Positions 57,373 to 64,000 of a stretch of DNA of 64,000 nt are shown here, piece after piece; the stretch's first letter is position 1; the number at the start of each line of letters is the position of its first letter. Location of the stretch: NCBI GenBank assembly GCA_036004985.1, contig DASYQX010000049.1, positions 87,676 to 151,675 on the forward strand, given 5' to 3'. This DNA is from Gemmatimonadales bacterium (lineage in GTDB: Bacteria; Gemmatimonadota; Gemmatimonadetes; Gemmatimonadales; GWC2-71-9). Both the position numbers and the translations under genes were made by a program. Below the pieces are notes generated by a model. The model was not told the DNA's origin. It worked only from the letters and a program-made list of their open reading frames with translations, and made no database searches.

Positions 57373-58834
57373 CCGCCGCCACGCTAACGACCGGCCGTCA
57401 AAGGGCGCTCAACGGCTCGTCGCCGCCTGCGCGCTCATCGCCATGACCGGCGCGCCGCCGGCGGCAGGGCAGGGGGCACCCGCGACGCGCTACCGCGCCT
57501 CCCCGGACACGACGTACTTCCAGGGACTCAACGTGTACCGCATGTACGCCGTGCGCGCCGGCGACACGCTGGGCGCGCCAGTGCACGCCCTGTCGGTCGA
57601 GCGCCACCGCTGGCGCGGCCGTGGCGGGGCAGAGGCGCTCGAGCTGGAGATCGACAAGCTCGACCTCGACGTGCAGCGCGGGCACTCCGTCGACACCCTG
57701 GTCGTGCGGCCCGACGGCCGCGTGCTGACGATCAACGGCCGGGCCGACACCGCGAATCCACGCGGGCGGTACGACGCGCTGCCCCGCCTCCCCGCCGGCA
57801 GGGTCGAGCTCCGCCCAGGCATCGCCTGGACCGATACCTTTTCGACGGCGGCACGCGTTCCGGCCGGCGACTTCATCTTCAAGATCGCTCGCCGCGCGCG
57901 CGTGACCCGCATCGTCGACACGCTGGGCCGGCCGGCGGTCGAAGTCGTCGTCGAAGGCACCGTGCGCTATCGCGACGCCTACTGGACCGATTCCGCGGCC
58001 GGCCGCGCCTGGTGGATCGACGTGCAAGGCCCGATGACAGAGACGTTCTGGTTCGATCAGGCGCGAGGCCGGCTCCTGGGACGCAGCTGGAGCATGGACC
58101 TCACCGGGCGTGCCGGCTTCCCGGACTCGGGCCGAGTGGACACCGTGCCGGCCGGGCTCCGCTCAACCGACGTGCACCAGCTGATCGACGCCGTCCGCGC
58201 CCGCTTGCTCGCCCGCCCGCTGCCGCAACGCGACACGCTCATCACGACGCGGCGCGGGAGCCGGGTGCTGCTGCACACCAGCGAGCGCGGCGGCGACACC
58301 GTGCAAGCGGCGCTGGCGCGGAACGACGGACTGCTCGGCACGGCGCGCCTCGAGCTCGATCGCCGGGCGCGCCCGCGCCGCTACGAGGCCGTGTGGACCG
58401 ATTCCACTCCCGAGGTAGGCCGTCAGATCGTCGAGCGCTGGGGCGACACCTTGCTCCTGTCCGGCCAGTTCAGCCGGCGCTACGAGGTCCCGGACTCCGC
58501 CTGGACGATCGCGGACCACGGCCTGCCGGAGCTGCTGGTTCCGGTCCTCCTCTCGCTCCCGGCCGACTCACTGGGACACCGGCTGCGGGTGTTCCGGCCG
58601 TACCTGAACGTGTGGGACGAAGGCCGCGCCGCCCTGCGACGCCTCCCGGAAGGGTTCCTGGCGCTGGTCCAGATGGCGCGCGATACGGTGCCGACCGTGT
58701 ATCTGATCGGCCCGCAGGGCGACCTGCTCCTCGTGTTTCGCCGCGACCTGCCCGACACCGAGACGGGACCACCGACGGAATCGGCACGACACACGGTGCT
58801 GACGCGACTCGTGCAGTCGCTGCAGCGCCGGTAG
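57365..58834 (+). CDS. Hypothetical secreted protein (489 aa)
   Basis: GTG start before the signal-like segment RLVAACALIAMTGAPPAAGQ. No family recognised; start uncertain. Confidence 0.55.
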   Translation: MIIRRHANDRPSKGAQRLVAACALIAMTGAPPAAGQGAPATRYRASPDTTYFQGLNVYRMYAVRAGDTLGAPVHALSVERHRWRGRGGAEALELEIDKLDLDVQRGHSVDTLVVRPDGRVLTINGRADTANPRGRYDALPRLPAGRVELRPGIAWTDTFSTAARVPAGDFIFKIARRARVTRIVDTLGRPAVEVVVEGTVRYRDAYWTDSAAGRAWWIDVQGPMTETFWFDQARGRLLGRSWSMDLTGRAGFPDSGRVDTVPAGLRSTDVHQLIDAVRARLLARPLPQRDTLITTRRGSRVLLHTSERGGDTVQAALARNDGLLGTARLELDRRARPRRYEAVWTDSTPEVGRQIVERWGDTLLLSGQFSRRYEVPDSAWTIADHGLPELLVPVLLSLPADSLGHRLRVFRPYLNVWDEGRAALRRLPEGFLALVQMARDTVPTVYLIGPQGDLLLVFRRDLPDTETGPPTESARHTVLTRLVQSLQRR

Positions 58835-58838
58835 CCAT

Positions 58839-59438
58839 ATGCCCGCGCCCCCCCCGCGCCCCCCGCCCCCCCGCCCCCCCTCCGGTGTCTCTTCGCAACG
58901 CCTGCTGGTCGCGCTCGGCGGGGTCGTCGTGCTGCTCACGGCAGCCGGTGCGGTGAGCTTCGTCTATTACGCCAGGCACCACACCCCCGACCCCGGGCTC
59001 GTCGCCGTGGCGCCGTTCGACATCTTCGTTCCTGGACGCGACCGGTGGCGCGTGGGCCTCGCCCAGGGCGTCACCCAGCGGTTGAACGCGCCGCCGCTGA
59101 CGGCGGTCCCCCAGGCGCTGGTGGCGCAAACGTGGCGCAGCGCCCCGCGCCCGGAGATCGCCGCGGTCGAGCTCGCCCGCCGGACCAGCGCGGCGGTCGC
59201 GATCTACGGGCGCGTCGACCCGATCGATACCAGCGGAACGCGGCGCGACTCGGTGCGCGTCAGTGTGATTGCGGCCGACGCCGTCTCGGGCCGCGTGCTC
59301 TTCGGCGTGTTACTCCGCTGGCGCGCGGACGATCTCGACGGTCTGGCCGCCGAACTGGCCGAGCACGTCCGGCACAACCATCCCCTCAGCCGTCCTGCGC
59401 CAGCAGCGTCCGGTACACCTCCAGGTCCTGTTCACTGA
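58839..59438 (+). CDS. Membrane-anchored protein with a sensor-like extracytoplasmic module
   Basis: Pro-rich N-terminus and one TM helix. The VAVAPFD...GVTQRL...[17 protein letters not shown] pattern resembles the post-TM module of the kinase at 61521. Confidence 0.55.
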   Translation: MPAPPPRPPPPRPPSGVSSQRLLVALGGVVVLLTAAGAVSFVYYARHHTPDPGLVAVAPFDIFVPGRDRWRVGLAQGVTQRLNAPPLTAVPQALVAQTWRSAPRPEIAAVELARRTSAAVAIYGRVDPIDTSGTRRDSVRVSVIAADAVSGRVLFGVLLRWRADDLDGLAAELAEHVRHNHPLSRPAPAASGTPPGPVH

Positions 59439-59892
59439 AGCACACGAAGCGCACCAACTCTACCGATGTCGGCCGTTCCTGAGATTCCCGCACCGTGTCA
59501 ACGGCGATGCGCGCCGCCTGCGCGATGGGATAGCCGTAGGCGCCGGTGCTGATGGAGGGGAAGGCAATGGACCGGACACCGTGTTGGGCCGCCAGCACTA
59601 GTGAGCGGTCGTAGCAGCTCCGCAGCCGCGCCGCCTCGCCGCTGCCGCCCCCTCGCCAGACGGGGCCGACGGTGTGGATCACCCACCGCGCCGGCAGCCG
59701 GAATCCCTCGGTGATGCGGGCCTCGCCGGTGGGGCAGCCGCCGATCCGCCGGCAGGCGTCGAGCAGCTCCGGCCCCGCGGCGCGATGGATCGCACCGTCC
59801 ACTCCTCCGCCGCCAAGCAGCGTCGTATTGGCGGCGTTGACGATGACGTCGACCGCCTGGCGCGTGATGTCGCCCTGGACCGCTTCGATCAC
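59386..59892 (-). CDS. Macro domain protein (O-acetyl-ADP-ribose deacetylase-like)
   Basis: [23 protein letters not shown] and [15 protein letters not shown] motifs. GTG start in a GTGA overlap with the upstream stop. Confidence 0.85.
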   Translation of the reverse strand: MIEAVQGDITRQAVDVIVNAANTTLLGGGGVDGAIHRAAGPELLDACRRIGGCPTGEARITEGFRLPARWVIHTVGPVWRGGGSGEAARLRSCYDRSLVLAAQHGVRSIAFPSISTGAYGYPIAQAARIAVDTVRESQERPTSVELVRFVCFSEQDLEVYRTLLAQDG

Positions 59893-61421
59893 TTCGCGTC
59901 GTTCCGCCGCTGGAAGTCGCCGAAGCCGGGCCAGGTCAGGCGCTCCACGGTGCCGTCTGCGCCCAGCGTGAACGTGATCAGATCCTTGCCCATCACCGGA
60001 TTCCGCCACGTGGCCTGAAACGTGTCGTAGTGCCAGTGGGCGAGGTCTGCCGTGTACTCTCCGCCGAACCGCATGACCAGGACGCCGCTGTCGACGGCCA
60101 CCGTGACGTCACCGTACATCTCGCTGCGGTACGTTCCGGCGTACCCCGCGGGGGCCAGCGACGGCCGCGTGCCGGCGACGTGCTTCGACGTTTCCTTCTC
60201 CTCCTCCACGCTGTCGCGGGCCACCTGCGCGCGGTACACCTGGAGCAGCTCCGCGCTCCAGTCGCGCACGGGCGGGCCGAGGTAGGCGTCCACCATTCGC
60301 AGCGCCACGGCGCTGGTCAACAGCCGCCCGGGCTCGCCGCCGTTCGTGAGCACCACGATGCCGATCCGGTCCTCCGGCACGAGCAGGACAATGGAGCGCA
60401 TGCCGTCGAGCGCGCCGCCGTGCGAGACGAGCTTCTTGCCGCGGTAGTCCGACAGCGACCAGCCGAGCCCATAGGCGAGGAAGTGGGTGGAGGGCCGCAG
60501 CCGCTCGGTGAGGGTGTCCAGCGGGACGAGCGTCTGGGGGCTCTGCATCTCCTTGATCCGCTCGGCCGACAACAGCCGGCGGCCCCGATAGCTGCCGCCG
60601 GCGAGCTGCAGGCGGATCCACTGCGCCATGTCGACCGCGTTCGAGTTGATCGCGCCGGCCGGGCCGATGTTGTCGACGTTGCGATAGGGGATGGGCTGCA
60701 GCTTCCCGCCGATCCGTTGGTGGGGGCTCGCGACGTCGGCCGCGCCGGCGAGCGCCGTCACGCTGGTGTTGCTCGACGTCATGCCGAGCGGCGCGAAGAT
60801 GCGCTCGCGTACGAACTCGTCCCAGCTTTTCCCGGTGACCGCGGGGACCACTTCTCCGGCGGCGAGGAACATGATGTTCTGATAGCCGTAGCGGCTGCGG
60901 AAACTCCAGCTGGGCTCCAGGTACCGGATGCGCCGGAGCACCTCGTCGCGGCTGTACGGCGTGGCCCACCACAAGCCGTCGCCGCGCGCCAGGCCGCTCC
61001 GGTGGCTGAGCAAGTCGCGCACCGTGAGCTCCCGGGTGACGTACGGATCGCTCAGCTGGAAACCCTTCAGGTGCTTCGTGACGGGATCGTCCCATGCGAG
61101 GCTGGCGGAATCCACCAGCATCGCGAGCGCCGCCGCGGTGAACGCCTTCGTACACGACGCGATGGCGAACAGCGTCCGCTCCGTGACCGGCGCGGGATCG
61201 CCCAGGCGCCGCACGCCGAAGCCCCGAGCGAGGACGACCGAGTCGTCCTTCACGACGGCGAGCGCGAGCCCGGGGACATCCCAGTCGCGCACCGCCTGCG
61301 TGACGTACGCCTCGTAGCCGCGCAACGGCCGCGGTGGAGCGGTGCGTTGGGCGGGGGCGGGGGTGGCGGTGGGCGGCGCCGCCGCCAGGGCCAGGAGCAC
61401 GAACACCGGGAGCTGCCGCAT
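59889..61421 (-). CDS. Serine hydrolase, class C beta-lactamase family (secreted)
   Basis: 510 aa from [15 protein letters not shown] with the SCTK active-site motif. The track 5' extension is rejected. Confidence 0.85.
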   Translation of the reverse strand: MRQLPVFVLLALAAAPPTATPAPAQRTAPPRPLRGYEAYVTQAVRDWDVPGLALAVVKDDSVVLARGFGVRRLGDPAPVTERTLFAIASCTKAFTAAALAMLVDSASLAWDDPVTKHLKGFQLSDPYVTRELTVRDLLSHRSGLARGDGLWWATPYSRDEVLRRIRYLEPSWSFRSRYGYQNIMFLAAGEVVPAVTGKSWDEFVRERIFAPLGMTSSNTSVTALAGAADVASPHQRIGGKLQPIPYRNVDNIGPAGAINSNAVDMAQWIRLQLAGGSYRGRRLLSAERIKEMQSPQTLVPLDTLTERLRPSTHFLAYGLGWSLSDYRGKKLVSHGGALDGMRSIVLLVPEDRIGIVVLTNGGEPGRLLTSAVALRMVDAYLGPPVRDWSAELLQVYRAQVARDSVEEEKETSKHVAGTRPSLAPAGYAGTYRSEMYGDVTVAVDSGVLVMRFGGEYTADLAHWHYDTFQATWRNPVMGKDLITFTLGADGTVERLTWPGFGDFQRRNDAK

Positions 61422-61520
61422 GGAAGCACCTCGAGCGCGTTTCGTTCCGAAGCTACGCCGCGGCGGCCGCGCGGCAATCGCGATATAGCGCGGCGCGGCC
61501 GAGGGCGTAGGTTTCTGCAT

Positions 61521-64000
<2,480 letters not shown>

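Overview
High-GC (roughly 70% by eye) bacterial chromosomal segment, densely coded, beginning inside the partition locus (parB-parA, two parS sites, mnmG). Gene content (a GWxTD lipoprotein, Ser/Thr kinases with TolB-like/TPR tails, a four-helix-bundle IVS-type protein, many ATGA/GTGA-coupled operons) looks Gemmatimonadota-like, but that is inference only. Housekeeping content includes a sufB-C-D-U-S operon, a NatAB-like ABC exporter, def, a GH38 mannosidase, a TPP riboswitch with thiC, an XDH/CODH-family molybdoenzyme split over two loci, rnd, polA, csp, pyrE, an MCP and two Ser/Thr kinases. The most unusual stretch is the 1.05-kb thiC-to-caspase spacer (19.29-20.34 kb). It is built from nested tandem duplications that include the thiC 3' end, carries G9 and G12 tracts, and holds four copies of a 40-nt motif that recurs in degenerate form at two other loci. 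It leads into a secreted caspase-like (C14) protease with five PPC repeats, followed by a run of secreted peptidases (S41, GGT, M28) and a relic GGT 3' fragment. Other points are an IVS-like inverted-repeat cassette around the four-helix-bundle gene, three regulators with near-consensus promoters placed for leaderless mRNAs, and a 56-codon ORF below the ORF-track cutoff. I recognised no rRNA, tRNA, CRISPR array, transposase or integrase, and no complete novel multi-gene system; the candidates are ranked in the findings. Many long ORFs in the track are antisense shadows or 5'-extended composites, so coordinates below are trimmed to the starts I can defend.
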